This document shows, piece by piece, positions 38,392 through 48,668 of a stretch of 64,000 nt of DNA (within the stretch, counting starts at the first letter, position 1; the number at the start of each line of letters is the position of its first letter). The stretch is from a virus. The DNA is taken from the IMG/VR virus record IMGVR_UViG_3300021375_000017, positions 28,002 through 92,001 of that record. The stretch is one strand, 5' to 3'. A model generated the notes under the pieces. That model made no database searches and had not been told where the DNA came from. It saw only the letters and a program-made list of their open reading frames with translations. The position numbers and the translations under genes are program-made.

Positions 38392-39239
38392 AGGTATTGA
38401 TTCTCGGTTCCAGCGGTCAGATCGGAGCATATTTAACTGAGTACCTTAGTGGTAAGTGTCATGAAGTATTTGAGTATGATATTGTCAACACAGAAGATCA
38501 AGACCTTACACAGATTCCAAACCTTGCATTAGAACATCTGATCAAGGAATCGGACTTTGTGTTCTTTCTTGCCTTTGATGTTGGTGGTTCTAGGTATCTG
38601 AAGAAGTATCAACACACTTTCAAGTTCATTGACAACAATGCCAGGATGATGGTAAGTGTCTTTGGTCTTCTAGAGAAGTATAAAAAGAGATTTGTGTTTG
38701 CATCTTCACAGATGAGTAACATGAGTCACTCTCCTTATGGTGTGATGAAGAGAGTTGGTGAACTCTATACCAAAACATTGAACGGTCTTCTTGTTAAGTT
38801 CTGGAATGTTTATGGTATTGAGAAAGACATGGACAAGGCTCATGTTATCACTGACTTTATCAAGAGGGGATTTGAAGAGGGTCAGTTTGAGATGTTGACT
38901 GATGGTACAGAACAGCGTCAGTTCTTATATGCTGAGGATTGTTGTGAAGCATTGGAGACAGTAATGGAAAACTATACTGACTTCAAACCAGAAGATCCAC
39001 TTCATATTACATCATTCCATTCAGACTCTATTAATCATATTGCTGGTATTATCCAAGGTCAGTTCAACTTAATTGGTAGGGATGATGTAAGAATCACACC
39101 TGGTGTTGCAAAAGATACTGTTCAACTTGATAAGAGGAATGAGGCCGACAACTACATACTAGGTTGGTGGGTACCAAAGACAGGAATTGACGTAGGTATC
39201 TCAAAAGTGTTTAACGAAATGAAGAAGAATTATGAATAG
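38388..39239 (+). CDS. NAD-dependent epimerase/dehydratase
   Basis: GSSGQIG, YGVMK, NVYG. Confidence 0.85.
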   Translation: MKVLILGSSGQIGAYLTEYLSGKCHEVFEYDIVNTEDQDLTQIPNLALEHLIKESDFVFFLAFDVGGSRYLKKYQHTFKFIDNNARMMVSVFGLLEKYKKRFVFASSQMSNMSHSPYGVMKRVGELYTKTLNGLLVKFWNVYGIEKDMDKAHVITDFIKRGFEEGQFEMLTDGTEQRQFLYAEDCCEALETVMENYTDFKPEDPLHITSFHSDSINHIAGIIQGQFNLIGRDDVRITPGVAKDTVQLDKRNEADNYILGWWVPKTGIDVGISKVFNEMKKNYE

Positions 39240-39948
39240 ACAACAGGTGCTGGCAGTAGCAACTTCATCAGATCTTGGATCAAATGCAAACGTATTGTGT
39301 GAGTTTATAGGTAAGAAAAAAGACTCTACCTTTGTTGACCTTGGTGTTCGTGATGGTTTTTCTTCTGCCCTTCTTTCTTTGAACTCTAAGAAGAATAACA
39401 ATAAGATCTATGGTGTCGATGTAAACTTCAATAACTTTAGATCTGAACTTGTAGATGGCCAGAACTATCTACAACTAGAAGGTGATAGTTCCACTATTGG
39501 TAAGTATGCTGACCTTGAAGACTTGAAAGAGATTGACTTCTTGTTTGTTGACTCTCTTCATGTTAGAGAACAGGTTCTTTGTGAACTTCATTACTGGGTT
39601 CCTCGTTTGAAGGAAGGTGGTACTGTCGCATTCCATGATTCTCATTGGCCAGAAGGTAAAAGAGACCAGACTGGTGGCAAGTCTTGGAACCGTGTTGATG
39701 ATGCCATTAGAGAGTTCTTTGGTTTAGATGTTCTTGAAGACTATGAAGATGACAACCTTGAGGTTACGTGTTATCCTCCTAGCTGGGGTATGACGTTTGT
39801 CACACTCAAGACTAAAAACTTTGAGAGTATTGTGAAAGATTGGAATAAAGTTTTCAGTACCCGTAATGACTTGATTTCAGTATTTTGGAACAAGGAAAAT
39901 GTTGGAGATAGGACAATTGAATTGGAGATGAGTTATGAAGCTAATTGA
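39232..39948 (+). CDS. class I SAM methyltransferase (Methyltransf_24-like)
   Basis: DLGVRDG.S, D.LFVD.LH, GG..AFHD. Confidence 0.8.
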   Translation: MNRQQVLAVATSSDLGSNANVLCEFIGKKKDSTFVDLGVRDGFSSALLSLNSKKNNNKIYGVDVNFNNFRSELVDGQNYLQLEGDSSTIGKYADLEDLKEIDFLFVDSLHVREQVLCELHYWVPRLKEGGTVAFHDSHWPEGKRDQTGGKSWNRVDDAIREFFGLDVLEDYEDDNLEVTCYPPSWGMTFVTLKTKNFESIVKDWNKVFSTRNDLISVFWNKENVGDRTIELEMSYEAN

Positions 39949-40816
39949 TGTTTTTAATTTTTCACATGAACCTATTGAACTTTTAGAGATGAGACTGAGG
40001 ATTGTGTATCCTCATGTCGATCTCATCTGTATCAATGAAAATGCCACTACCTATACTGGTATTGAACGTGAACTACAATTTGAGAAGCATAAAGAACATC
40101 TAGATTTTTATTTTGGTGATAAGATTGTTCATCGTGTAATTGATACCAGAGAACGTAATCTAGACTTCACCACATTCCAACAGGAGTATCATACTAATAG
40201 AGATAAATCACATCCTACTAGACCTGCTACAAGAGGTCTTCCAGAACGTTGGCATCGTTCAATGTATGGTCGAGATTGTCTTATTGAATCTCCTTTAGAG
40301 GTTGCTGAGGATGAGGACATTATCATTCAGAGTGATTTGGATGAGATTCCTAACCCTGAGTTTCTGAAAGAAGCAAAAGAGATTGTGGAAGATGGTTACA
40401 TGTATACGTGTATCCAGAAGTTCTATATGTGTCATGTGAATAGACTCCAAACTGACAAGGGTAAGGATGTTGATGATTGGAGAGGTTCACAGTTTAGTAC
40501 ATTCAAGTATCTGAAAGAACATGGTGGTTTTAATGATTGTAGGAATCTTCCTCACGAACACGAATACACAATCGATAATGGAGGGTGGCACTTTAGCTTC
40601 CTTGGAGGAGAGGACAAGATCAAACAGAAACTCAATGGTTATGGTCACCAAGAACATAACCATGACGGTGTGAAGAACTCTCTTGGTTCTAACATCACAG
40701 ATAACCAGGATATTCTTGGTAGAACCTGGATGGGAACAAGAATTGTTCCTCTTGATAATGATCTCCCTGACGAGATTGTAAATAACCCAGAACGCTATAA
40801 GGAGTTCATTGCATGA
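39935..40816 (+). CDS. GT17-like glycosyltransferase
   Basis: E...T.TG, SDLDEIP, GGWHFSF. Confidence 0.8.
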   Translation: MKLIDVFNFSHEPIELLEMRLRIVYPHVDLICINENATTYTGIERELQFEKHKEHLDFYFGDKIVHRVIDTRERNLDFTTFQQEYHTNRDKSHPTRPATRGLPERWHRSMYGRDCLIESPLEVAEDEDIIIQSDLDEIPNPEFLKEAKEIVEDGYMYTCIQKFYMCHVNRLQTDKGKDVDDWRGSQFSTFKYLKEHGGFNDCRNLPHEHEYTIDNGGWHFSFLGGEDKIKQKLNGYGHQEHNHDGVKNSLGSNITDNQDILGRTWMGTRIVPLDNDLPDEIVNNPERYKEFIA

Positions 40817-41772
40817 TTACATCTGAAATATATTATGGATCTGGTATTGGAAACCAGATTTGGCACTACGTTGTTACCAGACTCATTGCAGAGAAGAATG
40901 GTTATAAGTATGGGATCATGGGTAAAGATAGGTGGAAAGGTCAAGCCTTTATGCATATCGACTTTGGTGAAGAAGTAGTAGGTGGTTCAGGTCCAGAAGG
41001 AGGACCACCTGAGAGTCTTCCAGAAGGTATCACAAACTATTATAAAGAACACTTCCTACGTCACCCTGTGACTAATGGAAACGTAGGTCTTCCTGATCCT
41101 AACCTTCTCAATGTTCCTGATGGAACTAAGATTGAAGGAACCATGCAGAGGATGTCATATGTTGATGAATTTCGTGAAAAGATCTGTGAATGGTTATCTT
41201 ATTCTGAGGAATTGAGTTTCCCTGAATATACTGATAAAGATTCTTGTGTCATTCAGTTTCGTGGTGGTGATTACCTGACTGGTAACTCTGCACTTCCTCC
41301 ATCGTATTATGAAATGGCGATGGATAATATGAGGAGGGTGACCAATAATACAAAGTTGAAGTTCTATGTTGTTACTGATGATCCCACTAACGCAGCAAAG
41401 TATGTTCGTGGTGCAGAGGTTATTGGTTCTGCCATCACTAAAGAGAAAGACCCATATCAAGGAAGTATAGGATGGTATAAGTATCCTGGTGGTCCTATTG
41501 GTATTGATTATGCTATTCTCAATCAAGCAGAGAATGTGATTATCAGTTCATCTACCTTTGCCTTCTGGCCAGTATGGACTAACACTAATGCAGAGAATGT
41601 AATCGCTCCCAAGTATTGGTTTGATTGGAACAACTCTGATGGTTGGTGGAGACCTTCTGAAGCTATTGTTGATGACTGGTTCTGGATGGACAGGACAGGT
41701 GATATTGACAATGGTGTAGACTGTAAGAAACAGTTTGACAAATACAAAGAAACTAATAACTTGTATCAATGA
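40813..41772 (+). CDS. GT11-like (alpha-1,2-fucosyltransferase-like) glycosyltransferase
   Basis: GIGNQ, FRGGDY, TDD, SSTFAFW. Confidence 0.8.
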   Translation: MITSEIYYGSGIGNQIWHYVVTRLIAEKNGYKYGIMGKDRWKGQAFMHIDFGEEVVGGSGPEGGPPESLPEGITNYYKEHFLRHPVTNGNVGLPDPNLLNVPDGTKIEGTMQRMSYVDEFREKICEWLSYSEELSFPEYTDKDSCVIQFRGGDYLTGNSALPPSYYEMAMDNMRRVTNNTKLKFYVVTDDPTNAAKYVRGAEVIGSAITKEKDPYQGSIGWYKYPGGPIGIDYAILNQAENVIISSSTFAFWPVWTNTNAENVIAPKYWFDWNNSDGWWRPSEAIVDDWFWMDRTGDIDNGVDCKKQFDKYKETNNLYQ

Positions 41773-42446
41773 TTGATCTACCTAATGTAACACTTATTTG
41801 TGTTTCCAGTGTGAATTTTGAACAGACCCTGTATGCCTTTCAAAAGAGTATGCAGGGTATTCGTTTTGGTGCTGTGAAACTTGTATCAGATCAGGATCGT
41901 CCTGACTTTGAGGAAACAGGTATCACTGTAGAGAAGTGTCCAAAGATTACTTCGATTGATGAATACAGTCACTACATGATATATGATCTACAGAAACATG
42001 TAGACACAACTCACTGTATTACTATCCAGGCTGACGGGTTTATTATCAACCCTGAGAAGTGGGATCCATTGTGGTTAGAGTACGATTATATTGGAGCACC
42101 ATGGGAACACTCTGACGGGGCATACATTGACCCTTGGGGAGGACACCAGAGAGTTGGTAATGGTGGATTCACTCTCCGCTCTAAGAAACTCCTAGAGGTT
42201 CCTAACAATGCTTATGTCCACTTTGATGTGAACTGGGGCAACTTCTACAAACACATGGACGCAAATGATACCGCAGAGGATGGATGTATCTGTGTCCATA
42301 ACAGACATATATACGAAGTATTAGGTTGTAAGTTTGCTCCTGTAACTGTTGCCGCCAGGTTTGCCCATGAGAAACCTGTTCCAGAAACCAGAGGTATCAC
42401 ACCTTTCGGATTCCATTATCATCTTCCTCCAGGAACTGTATTATGA
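41769..42446 (+). CDS. glycosyltransferase-like protein (DUF5672-like)
   Basis: QADG, YDYIGAPW, VGNGGF.LRS, ED, FGFH. Confidence 0.7.
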   Translation: MIDLPNVTLICVSSVNFEQTLYAFQKSMQGIRFGAVKLVSDQDRPDFEETGITVEKCPKITSIDEYSHYMIYDLQKHVDTTHCITIQADGFIINPEKWDPLWLEYDYIGAPWEHSDGAYIDPWGGHQRVGNGGFTLRSKKLLEVPNNAYVHFDVNWGNFYKHMDANDTAEDGCICVHNRHIYEVLGCKFAPVTVAARFAHEKPVPETRGITPFGFHYHLPPGTVL

Positions 42447-43306
42447 AAATTATTATTTGGGGACACTACCCTCTCCATAGTTCGACACATGGATATATTC
42501 ACGACACATATTTCAAAGCATTTGAAAGTCTTGGTTATGATGTAATGTGGGTCTCTAATGAAGACCATCTCATAGACTATGCAGGTACTGTCTTCTTTGT
42601 AGAGGACTCTCAGAAGTCTGCAATGCCTGTTAGACCTGACTGTAAATACATCACTCACCACGTAGACACCAAATACTTAACAGACCGTGGGGTTCCCTTT
42701 GAGAACGTTCTTAAACTAGGTAACTGTATTCGTAATACAGTTCATTTTGAAAAGGTTGAAGACCTATGCCATTGGGATGAGTCAACTAGAACTCTCTATC
42801 AAACATGGGGAACTGATCTTCTTCCCAATGAGATCAACGTTGATGAACCTACAAAGTTTGACGAAAGTAATCGATACATCAATTACATTGGTATGATGTA
42901 TGAACAAGGTCCATATTGGATTCAATACTTTGCACACTGTGCAGAAAAGAATGGTAAAGAAGTCAAACTCTACACACAGTCTGTGTCTCATCAAGAGAAT
43001 CGTATGTTGATTCGAAACTCATTTATCTGTCCTGACTTCAGAAGTGATTGGCATCTACAGTGTGGTTATATTCCTTGTAGGATTCAGAAGAATATTAGTT
43101 ACGGAAGAGTTCAAGGAACTAACTCTCCATTTATCAAAGAGGCCTTTGGTGACTACGTGGTTTATGGTGGAACACCAGAAACTCTTTACCATAACTTGAT
43201 TGATACAGAAAGAGGTGGTAAGATCAATATGAAGGAGGCAATGCAGTTCATTAAAGACAAGCATACCTACATTAATCGAATCAACAATATTCTAAAGTTC
43301 TTATGA
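42443..43306 (+). CDS. glycosyltransferase-like hypothetical protein
   Basis: YIPCR..KNISYG, HTY.NR; cluster context. Confidence 0.55.
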   Translation: MKIIIWGHYPLHSSTHGYIHDTYFKAFESLGYDVMWVSNEDHLIDYAGTVFFVEDSQKSAMPVRPDCKYITHHVDTKYLTDRGVPFENVLKLGNCIRNTVHFEKVEDLCHWDESTRTLYQTWGTDLLPNEINVDEPTKFDESNRYINYIGMMYEQGPYWIQYFAHCAEKNGKEVKLYTQSVSHQENRMLIRNSFICPDFRSDWHLQCGYIPCRIQKNISYGRVQGTNSPFIKEAFGDYVVYGGTPETLYHNLIDTERGGKINMKEAMQFIKDKHTYINRINNILKFL

Positions 43307-44094
43307 TTGGTTTTAATCACCTTGGTATTATTGGAAGACTGGGTAACCAGATGTTCCAATATGCAGCACTCCGTGGTATTGCTAATACTCACGGTTATGA
43401 GTTCACTATTCCTGAAAGTGACTTCAATGATGAGTGGAATGACCATCAACTTTTTGATGCATTTAACCTTCCACATCTAAAGAGTAAAGGAAGAGTTTCT
43501 GACAAGTTTGTACAAGAAAGACAGTTCAATTATGATTCTGAAATGGTTGAACAGTGTCCTGATGATATTAGTCTTTATGGATACTTTCAGACAGAGAGAT
43601 ACTTCTCACACATTGCAGACTCTATCAAAGAGGACTTCACATTCAAGAAAGATGTAGTCACAAACTGTAAAGAAGTTATGGAGGAACTCTCAGAACCCAT
43701 TGCACTTCATGTCCGTAGGACTGACTATGTGGAGAAGTCACAAGACCATCCACCTTGTAGTCTAGAGTATTATCATATAGCACTAAAACGTTTCAATGAA
43801 AAGAGACCTGTTGTTATCTTTACTGATGATGTGCAGTGGTGCAAAGACCAGGACATCTTTGCACCTGATCGTTTCCTTATCTCAGAGACAGGAAACAATG
43901 TGTATGATTTGTGCCTTATGACTCTATGTACTGATTATATCATTGCAAATTCTTCATTCTCTTGGTGGGGTGCATGGTTGAGTCAGAATCCTGATCCAGA
44001 AGTTATTGCTCCTAAGACTTGGTTTGGTTCTACTGGATATACTGCAAAGAATAATACTGTAGATATTATCCCTAATCGTTGGACTCAAATTTGA
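43303..44094 (+). CDS. GT11 alpha-1,2-fucosyltransferase-like
   Basis: GRLGNQMFQYA, HVRRTDY, NSSFSWWGAWL. Confidence 0.9.
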   Translation: MIGFNHLGIIGRLGNQMFQYAALRGIANTHGYEFTIPESDFNDEWNDHQLFDAFNLPHLKSKGRVSDKFVQERQFNYDSEMVEQCPDDISLYGYFQTERYFSHIADSIKEDFTFKKDVVTNCKEVMEELSEPIALHVRRTDYVEKSQDHPPCSLEYYHIALKRFNEKRPVVIFTDDVQWCKDQDIFAPDRFLISETGNNVYDLCLMTLCTDYIIANSSFSWWGAWLSQNPDPEVIAPKTWFGSTGYTAKNNTVDIIPNRWTQI

Positions 44095-44849
44095 TGACTA
44101 AACTTTCTATTGCTATCCCAACCTATGAGATGAATGATAAAGGTGCAGAATATCTCACAGAGTTGTTTGAGACTATTAAGTTCCAAACATTTCAAGATAT
44201 TGAAGTTTGTGTATCTGACCACTCACAGGATGATAGTATTCTAGATGTTTGTGGTGAGTATGCAAACTACTTTACTATTCAATACTACAAGAATGAAGAG
44301 AAGAGAGGTAATGGTCCAGCCAATACTAACTCTGCTGTAGAGATGTGTAGTGGTGACATTACTAAGATTATCTTTCAGGATGACTTACTTATTAGTTCTA
44401 TTGCACTTCAAAGAATTGTAGAGACTTATGAGGAACAAAACTGTAAGTGGTGTTTCAATGGGTTCTTACACACCAGTAACGGTAGAGAACACTTCCGACC
44501 AATGATCCCTAAATGGACACCGGAAATGTTAGAAGGTCGTAATCTTCTTGGTAGTCCTTCTAGTGTTTCTTTTATTACTAAAAAGTTTCTACCATTCGAT
44601 GAAGAATTAGTATTACTTATGGATACTGAATTCTATCACAGAATGAGATATGATCATGGTATGCCATATATCATTGAAGAGTATTTAACATCAAATAGAG
44701 AGCATGATAATCGTGTTAGTTCTTCGACTGTTAAATATAATGCTAGGGTAGAACACCCTGAAGGTCCTTGGTTAGTTAATACCGAAGAACTTAATTATGT
44801 TATTGACAAACATTTAGAAACAAGAAAGTATCCAGATGAAAAAGTTTGA
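44094..44849 (+). CDS. GT2 glycosyltransferase
   Basis: SIAIPTY, VSD.S.D, FQDD. Confidence 0.85.
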   Translation: MTKLSIAIPTYEMNDKGAEYLTELFETIKFQTFQDIEVCVSDHSQDDSILDVCGEYANYFTIQYYKNEEKRGNGPANTNSAVEMCSGDITKIIFQDDLLISSIALQRIVETYEEQNCKWCFNGFLHTSNGREHFRPMIPKWTPEMLEGRNLLGSPSSVSFITKKFLPFDEELVLLMDTEFYHRMRYDHGMPYIIEEYLTSNREHDNRVSSSTVKYNARVEHPEGPWLVNTEELNYVIDKHLETRKYPDEKV

Positions 44850-45663
44850 TTTATCAAGGGCAACCTTTATTATCCCAATCAGAATAGAATCTGATGACAG
44901 ATTGAGGAATGTAATCACCTCAGTCTGTTTTTTATTGTCTAATTTTGATACTAATGTAATTATCAAAGAGGTTGATAAGACCTCTGTATTTCACGAGAAA
45001 GCACTCCCACAGATCAAAGATTTTTGTGAGGACATTAGTGACCTAACTCATGTGTTTGAACAGTCAGACTCACCTTCTTTTCATAGACAGAAGGTTCTGA
45101 ATGATATGATTATGATGTCCACCACACAAGTGGTTGTGAATTATGATTGTGATATTATCCTTCCCATTGCTTCTTACATGCAAGCATATGATAGGATTGT
45201 AACTGGATCATCTGATGTTGTTTATCCCTATGGTAGTGGTAACTTCCAACTTCAAGTATTTGGAGATGACCAAGTTGTTACTAACTTTCTTGTGAATGAG
45301 TTTGACTTCTCTGCATTCAAAGATGTATTAAAAGTCTATGATGCAAAGTATGGATTTGTTCAGTTCTTCAATAGAGGTGTCTATATTGAAGGTGGATTAG
45401 AGAATGAAAACTTTGTTGCATATGCCCCAGAGGATGTTGAAAGACATTATAGATACACTACACTGGGATACAGTGTTTCTAGAATCAATGATGTAATCTA
45501 TCACTTAGAACATTCTAGGTCTCCAAACTCATGGTTTAATAACCCGTTCATGCATTCAAATAATGTTGAATGGGAAAAGATTCAGAGGATGGACAAAGAA
45601 ACTCTAAAGGAATATATCACTAGTCAAGATTATTATAAGGTGAGAATTGATGGACAAAAATAA
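44836..45663 (+). CDS. GT2/GT7-like glycosyltransferase
   Basis: FIIP, DCD, GG.ENENF..Y.PED, YHLEH. Confidence 0.8.
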   Translation: MKKFDLSRATFIIPIRIESDDRLRNVITSVCFLLSNFDTNVIIKEVDKTSVFHEKALPQIKDFCEDISDLTHVFEQSDSPSFHRQKVLNDMIMMSTTQVVVNYDCDIILPIASYMQAYDRIVTGSSDVVYPYGSGNFQLQVFGDDQVVTNFLVNEFDFSAFKDVLKVYDAKYGFVQFFNRGVYIEGGLENENFVAYAPEDVERHYRYTTLGYSVSRINDVIYHLEHSRSPNSWFNNPFMHSNNVEWEKIQRMDKETLKEYITSQDYYKVRIDGQK

Positions 45664-46438
45664 GGCAGTATTCAAACTCAAAAATATTGGCCCAATCTAT
45701 TGTATCAATCTCGATGATCAACCTGAAAGATGGGAATACATGGAGAACCAATTTAAGTATTGGGAGATTGAAAACTACACTAGAGTCTCTGCGTATGATG
45801 GTAGAGAGGATGACCTAAGTGAGATACTCAAGGGTCGTTATCCAGACATGATGAGTTCTGGTGAGATTGGTTGTACTACATCTCACTTGAAAGCAATCAA
45901 ACAATTTTATGATTCAGGTGAACCCTATGCAATCATGATGGAAGATGATTGTGAACTTGATTTGGTAAGGTTCTGGAACTTTACTTGGCAAGACTTCTAT
46001 GCCAAGATTCCTTATGACTGGGATGTGTGTCAAATTGCAATTATATGTACAGGAGATATTCATATCAAAGTTCACAAGAGGTTTGTGAATGAGTTCTCTA
46101 CTGCATGTTATTTGATCACACGTCATCATGCAGAGAAATTAATTCGTCTTCATTGTAGAGGTGACAAGTACAAACTGGACAATGGTGTCAGACCACGTCC
46201 AGTTGCTGATGACCTGGTGTATAACTCAGGTAACACCTACGCCCTTCCACTCCTTCTGTATAAGACGGAACTGGGTTCAAGTATTCATCCTGACCATGTT
46301 GATGCATTCCACAAAGGAAATTATCAAGCTCAGATGAATTTCTGGAGTCAGAAGGGAGCACAGATGTCCATCAACGAACTGATGGAGTTTGATCCTTACC
46401 TGGGTCGGGTATCTGATCCAACACAACAAAAGGGTTGA
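45650..46438 (+). CDS. GT25-like glycosyltransferase
   Basis: YCINL....ER, GEIGC..SH, EDD. Confidence 0.85.
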   Translation: MDKNKAVFKLKNIGPIYCINLDDQPERWEYMENQFKYWEIENYTRVSAYDGREDDLSEILKGRYPDMMSSGEIGCTTSHLKAIKQFYDSGEPYAIMMEDDCELDLVRFWNFTWQDFYAKIPYDWDVCQIAIICTGDIHIKVHKRFVNEFSTACYLITRHHAEKLIRLHCRGDKYKLDNGVRPRPVADDLVYNSGNTYALPLLLYKTELGSSIHPDHVDAFHKGNYQAQMNFWSQKGAQMSINELMEFDPYLGRVSDPTQQKG

Positions 46439-46615
46439 CAAGATCACACTCTTATGATATATTATAAATATACTGGTGTTAGGGGTTATCTTAACACTAA
46501 GTAATAAAACCAATCTCCGCAAACTTGAGTAAGGTTTTATATGATAAATCAGAGACAAGTCGAGTCTCTTAACATCCGTAGGTTAATCTCTACGAGAAAA
46601 AAAGGTAAAACAAAA

Positions 46616-46987
46616 ATGTTCAAATCTGTATTCGCAGCAACTGCTGCTCTGTCCATGTCCACTGGCGCTGCTTTCGCTGGACCCTACGTCAATGTAGAAG
46701 CTAATTCTGGTTGGACCGGTTCTGATTACGGTGGTACCGCAACCGATCTTCACGTTGGCTACGAAGGTGAATTCGGTGAGAGTGCTTCTTACTACGTCCA
46801 AGGTGGTGCAACTATCGTCAGTCCTGATGGTGCTGAAAGCGACACTGTTCCTTCTGGTAAGGCAGGTCTCGGTCTTGCACTGACTGATGCTCTCGGTGCT
46901 TATGGCGAAGTCTCCTTCGTTGGTAGTGGCGACAGTGACATCGATCGCGGTTATGGTACCAAGTTGGGTCTGAAGTACAGCTTCTGA
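46616..46987 (+). CDS. small outer-membrane beta-barrel-like protein
   Basis: Signal peptide AFA|GPY; C-terminal KYSF. Confidence 0.7.
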   Translation: MFKSVFAATAALSMSTGAAFAGPYVNVEANSGWTGSDYGGTATDLHVGYEGEFGESASYYVQGGATIVSPDGAESDTVPSGKAGLGLALTDALGAYGEVSFVGSGDSDIDRGYGTKLGLKYSF

Positions 46988-47009
46988 TATTGTTACTAAA
47001 ATAACACAT

Positions 47010-47038
47010 TAGACCTCCTTCGGGGGGTCTTTTTTTAT
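47010..47038 (+). terminator. intrinsic terminator
   Basis: agacctcc-ttcg-gggggtct plus T-run. Confidence 0.85.
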
Positions 47039-47055
47039 GGGCAGTTTTTGAAAGA

Positions 47056-47129
47056 GTTAAATTTTATTTAAGTGTGTATATATACCGAGGTTTGTTTATC
47101 TTTAAATCATCTTAACTTCATTTTAAAGA
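47056..47129 (+). promoter_or_regulatory. putative cyanobacterial Pho box
   Basis: TTAA cores at 47057/47068 and 47102/47112/47123 (10-11 bp period), upstream of the pstS operon. Confidence 0.55.
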
Positions 47130-47203
47130 CAAACCCTGAAGACCCTGTTACAATAAAAAAGTCTTCAACGGACAAACCCAAAAACATTACAAAGGAATTT
47201 TAA

Positions 47204-47563
47204 ATGAAACAAATTGCACTTGCCGTCCTGACATTAACTGCACTGGCGACACCTGCTATGGCTGGTCCCTATGTTGAATCCAAGTCTGAGTTCAAAGGAA
47301 CTGATGAAGATTTTGGTAAGCAAGTCCACCAAGGACGTATTGGATATGAGTGGAAGACTGGAAACTTTGCTCCATACATCGAAGGTGGTGCTGGAGTATC
47401 TGTTCCCGATGGTGGAGAACAAGAAGGTTTTACTGCACTTGAACTCGGTAGTAAAGTAAAGATCACTGATAATTTCAGTGCTTATGGTAAGTGGGAAAAC
47501 ATCTTCCAAGAAGATTCTACCCGTGATTGGAAAGTAGAAGTCGGCACCAAGTACAAGTTCTGA
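47204..47563 (+). CDS. small outer-membrane beta-barrel-like protein
   Basis: AMA|GPY; C-terminal KYKF; paralog-like to the 46616 ORF. Confidence 0.7.
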   Translation: MKQIALAVLTLTALATPAMAGPYVESKSEFKGTDEDFGKQVHQGRIGYEWKTGNFAPYIEGGAGVSVPDGGEQEGFTALELGSKVKITDNFSAYGKWENIFQEDSTRDWKVEVGTKYKF

Positions 47564-47573
47564 TAGAAAATAA

Positions 47574-48533
47574 ATGAAACTCAAAGCAATCGCAGCAACT
47601 GCAGTAACCATTCCTCTTATGGTTGCCTGTGGTGGAGTTAAGGAAACATTTCAACTAAGTGGTGCAGGTGCTACCTTTCCTGCTCCTCTCTATAACTCCT
47701 GGTTCCAACGAATGGCGCAGGAGACTGGTAACCAAGTAAACTATCAAGCAGTTGGTAGTGGATCTGGTGTCCGTCAGTATGTTGCTGGTACAGTTGACTT
47801 TGGTGCCAGTGATGGTGCTGTAAGTGATGAGAAGCAAACCATTCCGATGATCCACATCCCTATGACTGGTGGTGCTATTGTTCCTGCTTACAATATGCCT
47901 GGTTGTGATGTTAAGATGACTCAGACACAACTTGCTGATGTATATCTTGGTAAGATTACTAACTGGTCTACCTTTGGATGTGAAAGTAAAACTATTGTTC
48001 CTGTCTTCCGTTCTGATGGTAGTGGCACCACAAAAGGTTTCACTAACTCACTATCAGCATTCTCTCCTGAATGGAAAGAGAATGTTGGCACAGGTAAGGC
48101 AGTAAAATGGCCTGTTGGTATCGGTGGTAAAGGTAACTCTGGTGTTGCCGCACAAGTGAGGCAAGTTACTGGTTCTATTGGTTACCTAAATTATGGTTAT
48201 GTTGTAAACAGTGACTTCCAACAGGTTGCTCTACAGAACAAGGCAGGTAATTATGTCACAGCAAATGCTAAAACATCTGCAGCAGGTCTATCAAAGATCG
48301 TCCTGGACGATCAGCTTCGTGGTGCTGATGCTAACCCTGCTGGTGCCAATGCATATCCTATTGTCTCTCTGACATGGATTCTTGCTTACCCTGAATCCAA
48401 ACCAGGAGTAAAAGAGACTCTTCGATATATGTTGAGTCCTGAAGCACAATCTATCTCTGACTCACTAGGTTATGTTCCTCTTCCAGAGGACCTTCGACAA
48501 AGAGCACTAGGTGCTGTTGATACTATCAACTAA
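47574..48533 (+). CDS. pstS: phosphate-binding protein PstS
   Basis: GAGATFP, YQAVGSG.G, DFGASD, RSDGSGTT; lipobox VAC. Confidence 0.97.
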   Translation: MKLKAIAATAVTIPLMVACGGVKETFQLSGAGATFPAPLYNSWFQRMAQETGNQVNYQAVGSGSGVRQYVAGTVDFGASDGAVSDEKQTIPMIHIPMTGGAIVPAYNMPGCDVKMTQTQLADVYLGKITNWSTFGCESKTIVPVFRSDGSGTTKGFTNSLSAFSPEWKENVGTGKAVKWPVGIGGKGNSGVAAQVRQVTGSIGYLNYGYVVNSDFQQVALQNKAGNYVTANAKTSAAGLSKIVLDDQLRGADANPAGANAYPIVSLTWILAYPESKPGVKETLRYMLSPEAQSISDSLGYVPLPEDLRQRALGAVDTIN

Positions 48534-48542
48534 ATTTACACA

Positions 48543-48568
48543 GGACAGTTGAAAGACTGTCCTTTTTT
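48543..48568 (+). terminator. intrinsic terminator
   Basis: ggacagtt-gaaa-gactgtcc plus T6. Confidence 0.75.
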
Positions 48569-48668
48569 GATGGGCCCCCAGATGATGGTATGATGCAACC
48601 AGTATATCAAGGTGTAAGGTCTCATTAGAGTCCCTTTTTAATAAATAAATTAACACCGCTTTCATCAA

